From the IMG/VR virus record IMGVR_UViG_3300021093_000041, positions 1 through 64,000 of that record: a stretch of 64,000 bases of DNA. The stretch is one strand, 5' to 3'. The notes under the pieces are model-generated. The model was not told the DNA's origin and did no database searches. It saw only the letters and a program-made list of their open reading frames with translations. The translations under genes were made by a program, and so were the position numbers. This document shows positions 20,520 through 30,433 of the stretch, piece by piece. Each line of letters begins with the position of its first letter. Positions within the stretch are counted from its first letter, which is position 1. Origin of the DNA: a virus.

Positions 20520-21577
20520 AGTTCGTCGGGTGATACTGGTTCGTCTTCATCAGATATTTCAGTATCAGTCTCTTCAATTTCTTTTTCTCTAGCTTTTTCT
20601 TCAGCTTCGTACTTTTGTTTTTCTTCTGCACGTTGACGTCTGAGTTCAAGCATTTTATTGACAAATTCTTTACGTTTTTCTTCTTCACTCTTACCTGAAG
20701 GTAAGAATTTTTTAAGTGGTAAGAACATTTTTAATGTAGATTCTAAATCTTCGTCAGGTTGTTCTTTTGGTTCTTTACCGCCTAATTTTAACTCTTTAGG
20801 TGCTTTAGGTATATCATCTTCACTTTCGTCGTCGTTAGATAAGCTAATATCTTTAGTTAGTTCAGGGTCATATTCCATTTCACCGCTTTGTTCATCTGGT
20901 ATACTAATTTCACCGGGTATTTCTTTTGGGGTTTCTTCACCTGAAAAATATAACTTTAATATATCTAATAATGCTAAACTTGCAACTTTATTTTTTGCAT
21001 AAACTTCATTAACACCTTTATCTATTAAAAAATTGACAATTTCTTTACCGGTGGCAGGTGTATCCTCTACATACTGCAAGATATCTTGCGTCATCGCATC
21101 TAGCGGAGCTTGTTCATACTTGTCACCAAGTGTTAACGTAGTGTTAAAGTTAAACGCTCCTACATCCTCTATAGGTTTACTTCCAATATCTATATCAACA
21201 TCTTCATCAGGCTCAGCATCTTCATCGGGTTCCTGTTGACCAGTTAATTGATTTTGTAAATCTGCAATTTTTTGTCTCAATTGATCTTCAACACTACCAC
21301 TTGCTACATATGGTTCTTCTGTTGTTGGCTCATCTATTGTTGGTTCATCTGAAATTGGTTCGTTTTCTGATTCAGAAGCTGCATTTATTGCTGCACGTTT
21401 AAGTCTTTGCATCATTTCATAATATGATTCTAAACGTTGTTCCCCTGTTTTAGGGTCGGTTATCATCTGTTTGACACGTTCACCATATTGTTTCTTTCTA
21501 CCCCTAGCTTCATTAATAGCATTATTAATAGCATGAAAATAACTTTCAAAAATTAAATTATCATCGGAATGAAGCAT
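20516..21577 (-). CDS. Acidic low-complexity late protein, probable head component
   Basis: E/D/P-rich; TAAATA-N5-ATG; AINE|ARG cleavage-like site. Confidence 0.5.
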   Translation of the reverse strand: MLHSDDNLIFESYFHAINNAINEARGRKKQYGERVKQMITDPKTGEQRLESYYEMMQRLKRAAINAASESENEPISDEPTIDEPTTEEPYVASGSVEDQLRQKIADLQNQLTGQQEPDEDAEPDEDVDIDIGSKPIEDVGAFNFNTTLTLGDKYEQAPLDAMTQDILQYVEDTPATGKEIVNFLIDKGVNEVYAKNKVASLALLDILKLYFSGEETPKEIPGEISIPDEQSGEMEYDPELTKDISLSNDDESEDDIPKAPKELKLGGKEPKEQPDEDLESTLKMFLPLKKFLPSGKSEEEKRKEFVNKMLELRRQRAEEKQKYEAEEKAREKEIEETDTEISDEDEPVSPDEL

Positions 21578-21631
21578 AAAATTATTTATTGTTTTGTAGT
21601 AATTTAATGGTTAAATAACTATAATAAAAGT

Positions 21632-22303
21632 ATGTGCGCAATATTTGGATCGTATAATTTATCACATTTTGTTAGACTTTATTTAACAAATAAATTTAGA
21701 GGTAATGTTTCGTTTGGGATAGCTGTGTTATCTAGTGAAACAAATAGATGGGAAATACATAGAACTACAGATTCTGAACAAACACTTAGAATTTTAGAAA
21801 AATATGGTCAAAATACCAGATATTACCTCGGTCATATACAAGCTCCTACAGGTTCAGATAGGAATATTAATGAAAATACAATCCATCCTTTTAGCTATAA
21901 TAATATACATGTAGCACATAACGGTATATTAACCAATTATGAAGATTTGAAGCGTGAATTTAATTGCAATAATATAGATAGTAATGTAGATAGTTCTATT
22001 ATACCGTATATTATAAATTACTATAAAAGCTTAGGCAAAACAACGCAAGAAGCTATAATTGAAACTTGTAATAAATTAAAAGGTACATTTAGTTTATGGA
22101 TTATTGATGAAAATAATGATTTATATATTTGTAGGTTAAGTAGCACTTTATTTCACGAAGAAAATTGGTTTTCTTCTGTAAAGTACATGCTCATGGTACC
22201 GGTACCAGAAAGAACTTTGTTTAAACTTGATTTAAACAATAATACCTTTTATAATGTAGGGACGTTTGCCGCTGATTCTCATTTCTTTACTCTCGGATCA
22301 TGA
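21632..22303 (+). CDS. Class II (Ntn) glutamine amidotransferase
   Basis: N-terminal MCAIFG, GHIQAPT, HPF, HNGILTN, VDS. Confidence 0.85.
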   Translation: MCAIFGSYNLSHFVRLYLTNKFRGNVSFGIAVLSSETNRWEIHRTTDSEQTLRILEKYGQNTRYYLGHIQAPTGSDRNINENTIHPFSYNNIHVAHNGILTNYEDLKREFNCNNIDSNVDSSIIPYIINYYKSLGKTTQEAIIETCNKLKGTFSLWIIDENNDLYICRLSSTLFHEENWFSSVKYMLMVPVPERTLFKLDLNNNTFYNVGTFAADSHFFTLGS

Positions 22304-23634
22304 AAAATTTATCGTTAGATTTAGATATTTTTGAAACAACCATATTTTATAAATCATTTACCGATCAAAAATACCTTGCTTCAATTGTAGACTATATTAG
22401 ACCTCATTACTTCAAAGATAAAGATTTTAAAAACGTTTTCACCATAATAAAAATCTTTTTTGAAAAAAGAAATACGTTACCTTCAAAAACTGAAATTTTA
22501 AACTATTGTAACACATCAGAATATAAAGATAGTTTAAAAAATGCACTTAATAAAATTCAAAAAGTCGATAAAAACTTTAACGAAGATGACTTGTACGCAA
22601 GTACTGAGCAATTTTTAAAGGAAAAGGCTGTATTCCATACAATGATGGATGTGGTGGATAAGGTAACTAATAACACGGTAAATACAGCAGAGATATTAGA
22701 AAAATTTGAGGAGAGTTGCAGTATAAATCTAACCCAGACTTTAGGTATTGATCTCTTCAAAGACATTGGTACAGTAATAAATGATCTTGAAACCATACAA
22801 CCTGTGATTTCAACGGGTTGGAAATGGTTAGATGAAAGATTAGACGGGGGATGGTTGGCTTCAGGTAGAGCTTTATATTTGTTTGCAGGTGAAACTAATG
22901 TTGGTAAATCTATTTTTCTAGGTAACGTAGCAACAAACATAGCCAAACAAGGTAAAACAGTAATTATCATTTCACTTGAAATGAGTGAAATGATTTATGC
23001 ACGAAGACTTGCATCAAGCATTACCAGTATACCGTTATCTAATCTACGCCATGAAACAGGTTTGTTGAGAGGTAACGTTGAATTGTTTTTCGAAAAATAC
23101 CCAGGTGGTAAAATACTTATTAAGGAATTTCCACCTAGTACTATAACACCTATACAATTATCAGCTTTTCTTAAAAAGTTACAATCGCAAGGTATTGCTT
23201 TTGATGCGGTTGTTTTAGATTATCTTAACTTACTACATTCACCGATAGGTTCAAATAGCAACGAACGTGGTAAATATATAACCGAACAGGTACGTGCATT
23301 TACTTATATGTTTAATGCGCCGTTTATATCTGCTACTCAGTTAAATCGTACAGGTTATAATGTTTCAAACCCAGGTGTTGAAACTATCGGTGAGAGTTTA
23401 GCAATGGCACAAGCGGTTGATGCAATGATGAGTATTTGGCAAGAAGAAGACGATAGATCTCTAAACATAATACGATTAGGTATGATGAAAAACCGATTTG
23501 GATCTAACACCGGTTGTACTCAATTACAAATTAATTACCCTACATTAACTATTACCGAGGAAGATATACCACAATTAGAATCAGTAGCAGCTACAGCTAT
23601 TAACGCTCTTGACTTGTTAGGTGATAATAGTTGA
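22300..23634 (+). CDS. 41: Replicative helicase gp41 (DnaB-like)
   Basis: AGETNVGKS, SLEMSE, IKEFP, DYLNL, SATQLNR, KNRFG. Confidence 0.95.
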   Translation: MKNLSLDLDIFETTIFYKSFTDQKYLASIVDYIRPHYFKDKDFKNVFTIIKIFFEKRNTLPSKTEILNYCNTSEYKDSLKNALNKIQKVDKNFNEDDLYASTEQFLKEKAVFHTMMDVVDKVTNNTVNTAEILEKFEESCSINLTQTLGIDLFKDIGTVINDLETIQPVISTGWKWLDERLDGGWLASGRALYLFAGETNVGKSIFLGNVATNIAKQGKTVIIISLEMSEMIYARRLASSITSIPLSNLRHETGLLRGNVELFFEKYPGGKILIKEFPPSTITPIQLSAFLKKLQSQGIAFDAVVLDYLNLLHSPIGSNSNERGKYITEQVRAFTYMFNAPFISATQLNRTGYNVSNPGVETIGESLAMAQAVDAMMSIWQEEDDRSLNIIRLGMMKNRFGSNTGCTQLQINYPTLTITEEDIPQLESVAATAINALDLLGDNS

Positions 23635-23661
23635 TATCAATAAAAACGTATTTAATTATTT

Positions 23662-24549
23662 ATGATGGATAAGTATTTCGTTTTCACAGATTGTGATCTC
23701 GACGGCGCTTGTAGCTATTTATGTGTTAAATGGCTACTTGGGTCCACTCCTCTACCATATAAAGCAACAACAGTCAAAAATTTTAGTACCGATTTTAGTG
23801 CATGGTTATCTAAAAATGATATAAATTCATTTAAGAAAATTTTTATATTAGATATTGATGTTTCAAAAAATATAGATCTTGTTGATTACCCTAATGTTAT
23901 TGTGATTGATCATCATCAATCACATAAACCAAATTATAAAAAAGCAGTTAAAATTGTTAAAACACATACAAGTAATGCTGATTTAGTTAAGCAAACATTA
24001 CTTAAAAATACTAGTTTAACACCCGAACAACAACATTTAATTGCATTAGTTGACGACTATGATAGTTACACCCTTAAAAATCAAGAATCATTACTTTTAA
24101 ATTTTCTTTACTGGCAATATCAAGGGGATAGAGTTAAACAGTTTGTGGTGGATTTTGAAAACGGTTTCAAATTGTTTAACGTTCAGCAAAGAAATATCAT
24201 TTTATTACAACTTAAAAAATTACAAGAACATATACAGACAAATCCAATATACTATTATAAAAACGATAGATATTCAATAGCATCCATGTTTGGTGATTTC
24301 AGTATTAACGAACTCGCTGACCATGTTCTTAAAAAAACGCAATGCGATATAGCGTGTATAGTCAACACTCGTTTAAAGCGTATATATTTTAGACGTAAAA
24401 AAACATCTAATGTATCACTTTCAACTACCGTTGAAGAAGTAACGGGTGAGAAAGGAGAAGGTCACGATAATGCTTGCGGAGGTACCATAACAGAAAAGTT
24501 CTTAGAGTACACCAAGTTGTTATCGGTGTATGAAAAAGACAAATACTAA
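23662..24549 (+). CDS. DHH-family phosphoesterase
   Basis: DCDLDG, LDI, IDHH, GEGHDNACG. Confidence 0.82.
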   Translation: MMDKYFVFTDCDLDGACSYLCVKWLLGSTPLPYKATTVKNFSTDFSAWLSKNDINSFKKIFILDIDVSKNIDLVDYPNVIVIDHHQSHKPNYKKAVKIVKTHTSNADLVKQTLLKNTSLTPEQQHLIALVDDYDSYTLKNQESLLLNFLYWQYQGDRVKQFVVDFENGFKLFNVQQRNIILLQLKKLQEHIQTNPIYYYKNDRYSIASMFGDFSINELADHVLKKTQCDIACIVNTRLKRIYFRRKKTSNVSLSTTVEEVTGEKGEGHDNACGGTITEKFLEYTKLLSVYEKDKY

Positions 24550-24844
24550 CCCATCTAATAATCTATCAAATGATGAGATGGAGCATATATTTTTAACGTG
24601 TTGTTCATACACTTATATTTATTTTAATAAAAAAATAAACTTACCCAACATTTTCCTTAAGGTTATAAGCGATAAACATATATGTGAAGTGTTTCTTAAA
24701 TGTATGGATTTAGATACACCTTTCCAAGTAGTGCAATATTTTTTAAATTACGATCCCACATTGTATAAGAGCAAATATATCAATATGTTTTTGAATAATA
24801 AAAAAAATAAATTGATAGTAGATTCGTTTAAATTATCATATTAA
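24530..24844 (+). CDS. Hypothetical protein
   Basis: ORF only. Confidence 0.45.
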   Translation: MKKTNTNPSNNLSNDEMEHIFLTCCSYTYIYFNKKINLPNIFLKVISDKHICEVFLKCMDLDTPFQVVQYFLNYDPTLYKSKYINMFLNNKKNKLIVDSFKLSY

Positions 24845-24845
24845 T

Positions 24846-25481
24846 ATGACAGAGTTTGAAAAAGATATTTACAATAAATATCTTAAAGTATCTCGTCGAA
24901 GTTTAGACAAACCATATAAAACGAGAGTAAATTTCGAAAATTTTGAAAATGAAGAAAATTACATTTATACAAAAAAGCTTGCAATTTTTTTCACAAAATA
25001 CAACCATATTAAGATTGAAGACTTTTTTCTTGCACCTTACTATATTTATCCAAAATGTGATAAATCGTATGATTTAAAGTTTTATTCATCATATAATGGT
25101 GTGAAGGTGTACAACCTTTATGAGAAAAAGCTATTAACAATAAACCCCGATACCGATATTGTATTGCAAAGAACAAAAGACGGTATAAAACATATCATGT
25201 CTTTTTGTAAAGAAAATAATTTGAAATACTCTGATTATTTTAATCATATTACCGATAAGGTAAATACATTTTGGGTACATTTAAAGGAAAATAAAATTAG
25301 TGTGTATTGTCTTTTTCTTTGCGATAAAATTGATTTAATCTACAGTAGATGCGATAAGGAAATCATTAATTTTATGTTGGGTAATTTAATGCATGATTTT
25401 AATCTTTACAGATCCGTTTATTATAACTCTAAAACGACAAAGAAAATAATTTCGGAATTAAAACCTTATTTTTCCATTTGA
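24846..25481 (+). CDS. Hypothetical protein, possibly gp59-like helicase loader
   Basis: Size (211 aa), aromatic/basic composition and position just upstream of gp32 as in T4. Confidence 0.4.
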   Translation: MTEFEKDIYNKYLKVSRRSLDKPYKTRVNFENFENEENYIYTKKLAIFFTKYNHIKIEDFFLAPYYIYPKCDKSYDLKFYSSYNGVKVYNLYEKKLLTINPDTDIVLQRTKDGIKHIMSFCKENNLKYSDYFNHITDKVNTFWVHLKENKISVYCLFLCDKIDLIYSRCDKEIINFMLGNLMHDFNLYRSVYYNSKTTKKIISELKPYFSI

Positions 25482-25510
25482 AATTTTTGGTAAAATATAT
25501 TAAATATAGA

Positions 25511-25584
25511 TCAATACGTGAGTAGCGTATTGAAAAATAACTAATAAACTAATAAACTAAAAAAACTAAAAATAACTAAAATAT
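25511..25584 (+). promoter_or_regulatory. Putative gp32 translational operator: hairpin plus AACTAA repeats
   Basis: TCAATACG-TGAGTAG-CGTATTGA stem followed by a G-free AACTAA repeat tract up to the ATG. Confidence 0.65.
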
Positions 25585-26451
25585 ATGAATAACATAATAA
25601 CAGCATCGATGTTTGATAGCATCAAACAAGCATTAGTCAAGAACGAAAACAACAGTGTGGGTAAGTTCATGAAGACAGAAGTAGGTAATACCTACACTGT
25701 AAGATTGTTACCTAACATTAAAGATCCAAGCAAAACGTTTTTCCATTACTTTACTTTTGGTTGGACGTCTTATTCAACTGGGCAATATATTAACTTGGTA
25801 AGTCCTCAGACGTGGGGTGATCGTGACCCGATCAATGAGTATAGATATAAAATTACCAAGACTGGTTCGCAAGAAGAAAAAGACAAGGCAAGCAAAATTC
25901 TTCGCAAAGAGAATTGGCTTGTAAATGTTTATGTCATCAACGATCCTAAGAACCCTGAAAATAATGGTCAGGTAAAACTTCTTAAGTTCGGTCGTCAATT
26001 GCATAAGATTATTATGGATGCAATTGAGGGGGAGGATAGCGATTCACTTGGTTCGAGAATCTTTGACCTTAGCGGTAAGGGTTGTGATTTCAAGGTTAAG
26101 GTGGATAAGCAAGGTGAATATCCTTCGTATTCATCTTCTAAATTCACAATGCCCAAAGCAATCGAGAATCTTACCGAAAATAAGATTCAGGAGATTTACA
26201 ATGACACTATTGATCTTGAAAGGGTGTTCACTGTTAAGAGTTACGACGAGCTCACCAAGGTTCTTAATGAGCATTATCATTGCACAGCCACACCTGCTGC
26301 AAAGGAGGATGTGAAGGTAAATATTATTGAAGCTGCTACACCTGTAGCTCAGAAGCCAGTTAGTAAAGCAGTTGCAGAAGCTGAAACATCTCTCAATACT
26401 CAAGAGGAAGATGATGATATAAGCAAGATTCTTGAGCAGTTGAATAGTTAA
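25585..26451 (+). CDS. 32: Single-stranded DNA-binding protein gp32
   Basis: VRLLP, NVYVINDPKNPENNGQVK, FDL..GCDFKVK, YSSSKF, acidic tail. Confidence 0.9.
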   Translation: MNNIITASMFDSIKQALVKNENNSVGKFMKTEVGNTYTVRLLPNIKDPSKTFFHYFTFGWTSYSTGQYINLVSPQTWGDRDPINEYRYKITKTGSQEEKDKASKILRKENWLVNVYVINDPKNPENNGQVKLLKFGRQLHKIIMDAIEGEDSDSLGSRIFDLSGKGCDFKVKVDKQGEYPSYSSSKFTMPKAIENLTENKIQEIYNDTIDLERVFTVKSYDELTKVLNEHYHCTATPAAKEDVKVNIIEAATPVAQKPVSKAVAEAETSLNTQEEDDDISKILEQLNS

Positions 26452-26468
26452 ATAGTTATATAAATACA

Positions 26469-26498
26469 GGGGAAGGTGTACACCTTCCCCATTTTTTT
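26469..26498 (+). terminator. Rho-independent terminator after gp32
   Basis: GGGGAAGGTG-TA-CACCTTCCCC followed by ATTTTTTT. Confidence 0.8.
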
Positions 26499-26960
26499 AT
26501 GTCTGCAAATAATGTAAAAGAAGATTTAGAATTGATTGCAGCATTAACTGCAAGCACAGCGGGGTTTATTAAAAACAACGTTAATGGTATGATGGTTGGT
26601 GATAGTAAATTTATTAAAACTGATATCCAACCACGTGATATTATTGAAAAAGCAAAAGCTAATTTAGTTAAAGAGCATATTAGGGTTGTACCTGCTCAAC
26701 AAGTACAACCACAATTACCTCGATCGCAACCAGTTCAATACCCTGTAGTAGAACAACCTTCACCGGTTAATACACCACAAACACCGGTGAATGATTCTAA
26801 TCAAATGATGTTTAATTTCGATAATTCACCTACAGCACAAAATATATATTATAAACTCAATACAATTATTGAACGTTTAGATAAATTAAATGAAAAAGTT
26901 AATGGTCTTTCCGAACATATTGTAAAAAAAAAGTTGGACAAGAAAGAAAAAAAAGTCTAA
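26499..26960 (+). CDS. Hypothetical protein with Q/P-rich linker
   Basis: ORF; QMMFNF motif. Confidence 0.5.
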   Translation: MSANNVKEDLELIAALTASTAGFIKNNVNGMMVGDSKFIKTDIQPRDIIEKAKANLVKEHIRVVPAQQVQPQLPRSQPVQYPVVEQPSPVNTPQTPVNDSNQMMFNFDNSPTAQNIYYKLNTIIERLDKLNEKVNGLSEHIVKKKLDKKEKKV

Positions 26961-26969
26961 CATAGAAAT

Positions 26970-27704
26970 ATGGAATTGGTTATCAAAAATAAAGGGGAAT
27001 TTCTCACGAAATTCTTAAAACCTGTATGTAATATATCAGACTCAGGTAATCTTAAGATACAAGAAAATAAAGTAACATCAATAAATGCCACACAAGATGC
27101 ATCGGTAATTTTATTTGCGCAAAGTAATATTGAAATTAATACCGATAAACCTGTTGTATTAAATTGCCCCGATCTTCGTAGGTTAGAAAGAATAATAACA
27201 CTTCTAGATTGTGAAGAAGTCAAATTAAAATATAATGGTAATAGTTTAGGTTACAATGATGGTAAAATAAGATTCACATACCATCTTTTGGAAAATGGAA
27301 TTATCAATGGACCTTCATTAAGTGCTGAAAAAATAGCAAAACTTGAATTTAATATTCAATTTACCGTTGACCATAATAAAATTATTGAGTTAATTAAAGG
27401 GTCGAGTTTTGCAAATACAGCAAGCAAGTTATATATTTCATTTGTTGAAGGTAAAGTTTACGGTGAAATTGCAGACAAAGCAAATAGTTTATTGGATACA
27501 TTTTCAACAGTGTTAAATGATGACTTCCAACCTAAAGAACCGATAAATGATATACCAATTATATTCGAAACAATAAAAATAATTTCATCGGTTAAATTTG
27601 AAAAGCTAACTGTTAATATTAACCCTAAACTTGGGGTTATATTGTTTGAAATAAGTGAAGATCAATATAAATTGAAGTATATTGTATCGGCACTAATGAC
27701 ATGA
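26970..27704 (+). CDS. 45: Sliding clamp (gp45/PCNA-like)
   Basis: 244 aa, two-domain alpha/beta pattern, C-terminal LKYIVS, replication context. Confidence 0.65.
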   Translation: MELVIKNKGEFLTKFLKPVCNISDSGNLKIQENKVTSINATQDASVILFAQSNIEINTDKPVVLNCPDLRRLERIITLLDCEEVKLKYNGNSLGYNDGKIRFTYHLLENGIINGPSLSAEKIAKLEFNIQFTVDHNKIIELIKGSSFANTASKLYISFVEGKVYGEIADKANSLLDTFSTVLNDDFQPKEPINDIPIIFETIKIISSVKFEKLTVNINPKLGVILFEISEDQYKLKYIVSALMT

Positions 27705-28027
27705 ATAATATTACCACGCAAGGTTATTTTATCAAAAGACTACGTGATTGCGGTTTTGTGGTAATTAAACTGTTTCACAATTATAATTTTATAGATCCAC
27801 GTAAATGGACAATTATTATTAACCCCAATAGAGAGTCAGTGGTGGTGACTTGTTACTGTAATAAAGATTCTCTGAAGGAAATAATGTTTGAATTCAATGA
27901 CGGTGGTAATAAAATACCTAAAAATTTTTATTTAACAACAAATTCAATGGAAGTTGTTATATCTTTTTTAATTAAAAGAGGTATATCGAACAACGTTGAT
28001 TTTAACGATCCTTATATTAAAAAATAA
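27701..28027 (+). CDS. Hypothetical protein
   Basis: ORF coupled to the clamp gene. Confidence 0.5.
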   Translation: MNNITTQGYFIKRLRDCGFVVIKLFHNYNFIDPRKWTIIINPNRESVVVTCYCNKDSLKEIMFEFNDGGNKIPKNFYLTTNSMEVVISFLIKRGISNNVDFNDPYIKK

Positions 28028-28028
28028 T

Positions 28029-29003
28029 ATGAAAATACTGGTACTCGGTAAAGGTTTTATTGGTGAGCGTTTAAGTTTTTTTCTTGCTAAAGCTCCAAAC
28101 TTTGAGGTACATAACGTAAGTGTAGATATATTAGATTATACAAATCCGGAAATGCTTAGCATGTTTTTAAATTACCATGCTAACACTCAACAGTTTGATA
28201 AAGTTATAATTGCATTTGGGTATACCGGTACACCCAACATTGATTCATGCGAATTACCAGAAAATAAGCAACTAACATATCGAAATAATGTTACTATACC
28301 GAATAATATTATTGATGTTGTAAATCAATATGGTAGTAGTTGTATATACATTGGGTCGGGTTGTGTATATGATGGGTATGATAAGGAATATACAGAAACC
28401 GATGAACCAAATTTTGGGTTATACAATAACGATAGCAGTTTTTATTCAAAAACAAAGCATTTAGCTGAATTAACCTTTGGTCATAAGTGTCATATCTTTA
28501 GAATTAGGTTACCTTTTACGTTTATTGACGTTGAAAAGAATTTATTTAATAAACTTTTAAAGTATGAAAAGACTTTAGATGTATTGAACAGTGTAACATG
28601 TGTTGATGATTTCTATAATTTTGTATATAACTTTTTACTATTAGATAATCAATCACCTTTACCGTTTGGGCCTTATAATGTAGTTAACCCGCAACCAATT
28701 AAAGCAAATGAAATTGTGGAGTTAATGAAGGAAGTAAATATACCTAGTGTTTTCGATAAGAAGTGGAATTTTATTTCAGATCCTGCAAAGTTTAAATTTA
28801 AAGCTAATAGAAGCAACACGGTTCTTAACACCGACCTTATAACTTCGCTTGGATTGGGTTTACCTAAAACCGAAACATCTATTAAAAACATATTAATGCT
28901 TTATAAGCAAATCTTAACCACGGGTAATGCTGTAATTGAACCCCCTCAAATTGTATCTACAACCGAAACCATACCTACAAGTGCTGTAGAAATATCTTCT
29001 TAA
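28029..29003 (+). CDS. RmlD-like NDP-sugar epimerase/reductase (rhamnose pathway)
   Basis: GKGFIG, GYTGTPNIDSCE, GSGCVY, SFYSKTK. Confidence 0.8.
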   Translation: MKILVLGKGFIGERLSFFLAKAPNFEVHNVSVDILDYTNPEMLSMFLNYHANTQQFDKVIIAFGYTGTPNIDSCELPENKQLTYRNNVTIPNNIIDVVNQYGSSCIYIGSGCVYDGYDKEYTETDEPNFGLYNNDSSFYSKTKHLAELTFGHKCHIFRIRLPFTFIDVEKNLFNKLLKYEKTLDVLNSVTCVDDFYNFVYNFLLLDNQSPLPFGPYNVVNPQPIKANEIVELMKEVNIPSVFDKKWNFISDPAKFKFKANRSNTVLNTDLITSLGLGLPKTETSIKNILMLYKQILTTGNAVIEPPQIVSTTETIPTSAVEISS

Positions 29004-29016
29004 ATTCATCTAATAA

Positions 29017-29352
29017 ATGAATTTTTTTAGAAATAAAAAAAATAAATTTAAAAAAGGTGATATATACGCAGTACATAAAGGTACGTATATAGGTCATCTA
29101 TTGGTGTTTATAGAACAAAATACTGAAACAGATACGTTTAATTTTTTATCTACAAATAACCTAGAAAATTTTTACATACCATCGAAAGACGTTAAAGAAG
29201 GGGTGGAAAATAATTTATTACGTAAAACAAATGCTGTTTTATCTGGTAAAATACTTGAAATTTGTTTGAAACAATACAAGTTTAATATTGACCATCCTAA
29301 AAATACAAATATTATTAAAGAGGATGAAAATACTGATTTTGGATTGCAATAA
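29017..29352 (+). CDS. Hypothetical protein
   Basis: ORF only. Confidence 0.45.
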   Translation: MNFFRNKKNKFKKGDIYAVHKGTYIGHLLVFIEQNTETDTFNFLSTNNLENFYIPSKDVKEGVENNLLRKTNAVLSGKILEICLKQYKFNIDHPKNTNIIKEDENTDFGLQ

Positions 29353-30226
29353 TTTACTGTATAGAACGTTTTGGGTTTCAAAAAATACAATAGGTAATGA
29401 TAGCGATGGCCCTATTTTAGTTCATTTATTTTTAAATTCTGTTTATTCTTACGTCAATCAATTCAAACCTGATAAGGTTTACACGGTATGGGATAAAAAA
29501 TTATTGGAAAATTCTACAAATTTTAGAAAAGAAGCATTAATACATCAATATAAAGCTAATAGGGATAAATCTTTAGCTCTAGAAGCACATCAATATGATG
29601 AACAGTTAGTGGGTATGTTAGAATCGATCGGTGCTTGTAATTTTTACCCATATAAACTCGAGGCAGATGATGTTATATCATGGCTCACCACAAAGAAAAA
29701 CAATCATTATACAATTGTAAGTGTTGATAAAGATCTTTTACAGTTGGTAGATGATAATATTGATGTATATTCCCCAATTAAAAAAGACCTTATTACTAAA
29801 AATAACTTTACATTAACCAATAAAGGTATCGATAAAAGATATTTTCTAACTTATAAAGCTTTGATTGGTGATAATAGTGATAATATACAGGGTTTATATA
29901 AGGTAGGCCCAAAGAAAGGTCTTAAACTTGCTGTTGAAATAGTTGATACAAACAATATTAGTTGTCTCACCGATGAGCAACGTGTTATTTTTGAGAGAAA
30001 TATGCGAATAATGGATTTACATGTAGGTTATACTATTGAAGATGAATATAAACACTATGAGAAACAATTGGATAACATAGTTGATACAAGGGATTACAAT
30101 AGATTCGTTAGATATTGTAACGATTTGTCGTTAAACCGTATCATTTTAAATAAACATAAATGGTATAAAACGTTTTTTGAAGCAAATAAATTGAATAAAC
30201 TTGTTCAACAATTAGGATTATATTAA
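29324..30226 (+). CDS. rnh: 5'-3' exonuclease / RNase H
   Basis: LDCNNL, YKANR, EADD, SVDKD, GDNSDNIQG..VGPK. Confidence 0.88.
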   Translation: MKILILDCNNLLYRTFWVSKNTIGNDSDGPILVHLFLNSVYSYVNQFKPDKVYTVWDKKLLENSTNFRKEALIHQYKANRDKSLALEAHQYDEQLVGMLESIGACNFYPYKLEADDVISWLTTKKNNHYTIVSVDKDLLQLVDDNIDVYSPIKKDLITKNNFTLTNKGIDKRYFLTYKALIGDNSDNIQGLYKVGPKKGLKLAVEIVDTNNISCLTDEQRVIFERNMRIMDLHVGYTIEDEYKHYEKQLDNIVDTRDYNRFVRYCNDLSLNRIILNKHKWYKTFFEANKLNKLVQQLGLY

Positions 30227-30234
30227 ATACATGT

Positions 30235-30432
30235 ATGATTAACAATATGAGCAATCAACAATTTGTTAGACCTACTGTTATAACCAGCCCAATCAGTGGT
30301 GCACCGGTAAAACCACAGTTGAAAACATATGTGCGTAACAATCAAAAAGTTACTGAAGCACATTGGATTGATCCTAACAGTGGTTCATTTATACGAAAAG
30401 GTATAGTTAGTATTGAGCCCGCTGGTAAATAA
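30235..30432 (+). CDS. Small hypothetical late protein
   Basis: TAAATA-N5-ATG. Confidence 0.5.
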   Translation: MINNMSNQQFVRPTVITSPISGAPVKPQLKTYVRNNQKVTEAHWIDPNSGSFIRKGIVSIEPAGK

Positions 30433-30433
30433 A

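Noticed and set aside
25535-25584. AACTAA repeats as a CRISPR array or origin iterons
   Set aside because: Units are 6-9 nt with no spacers; position fits a gp32 operator
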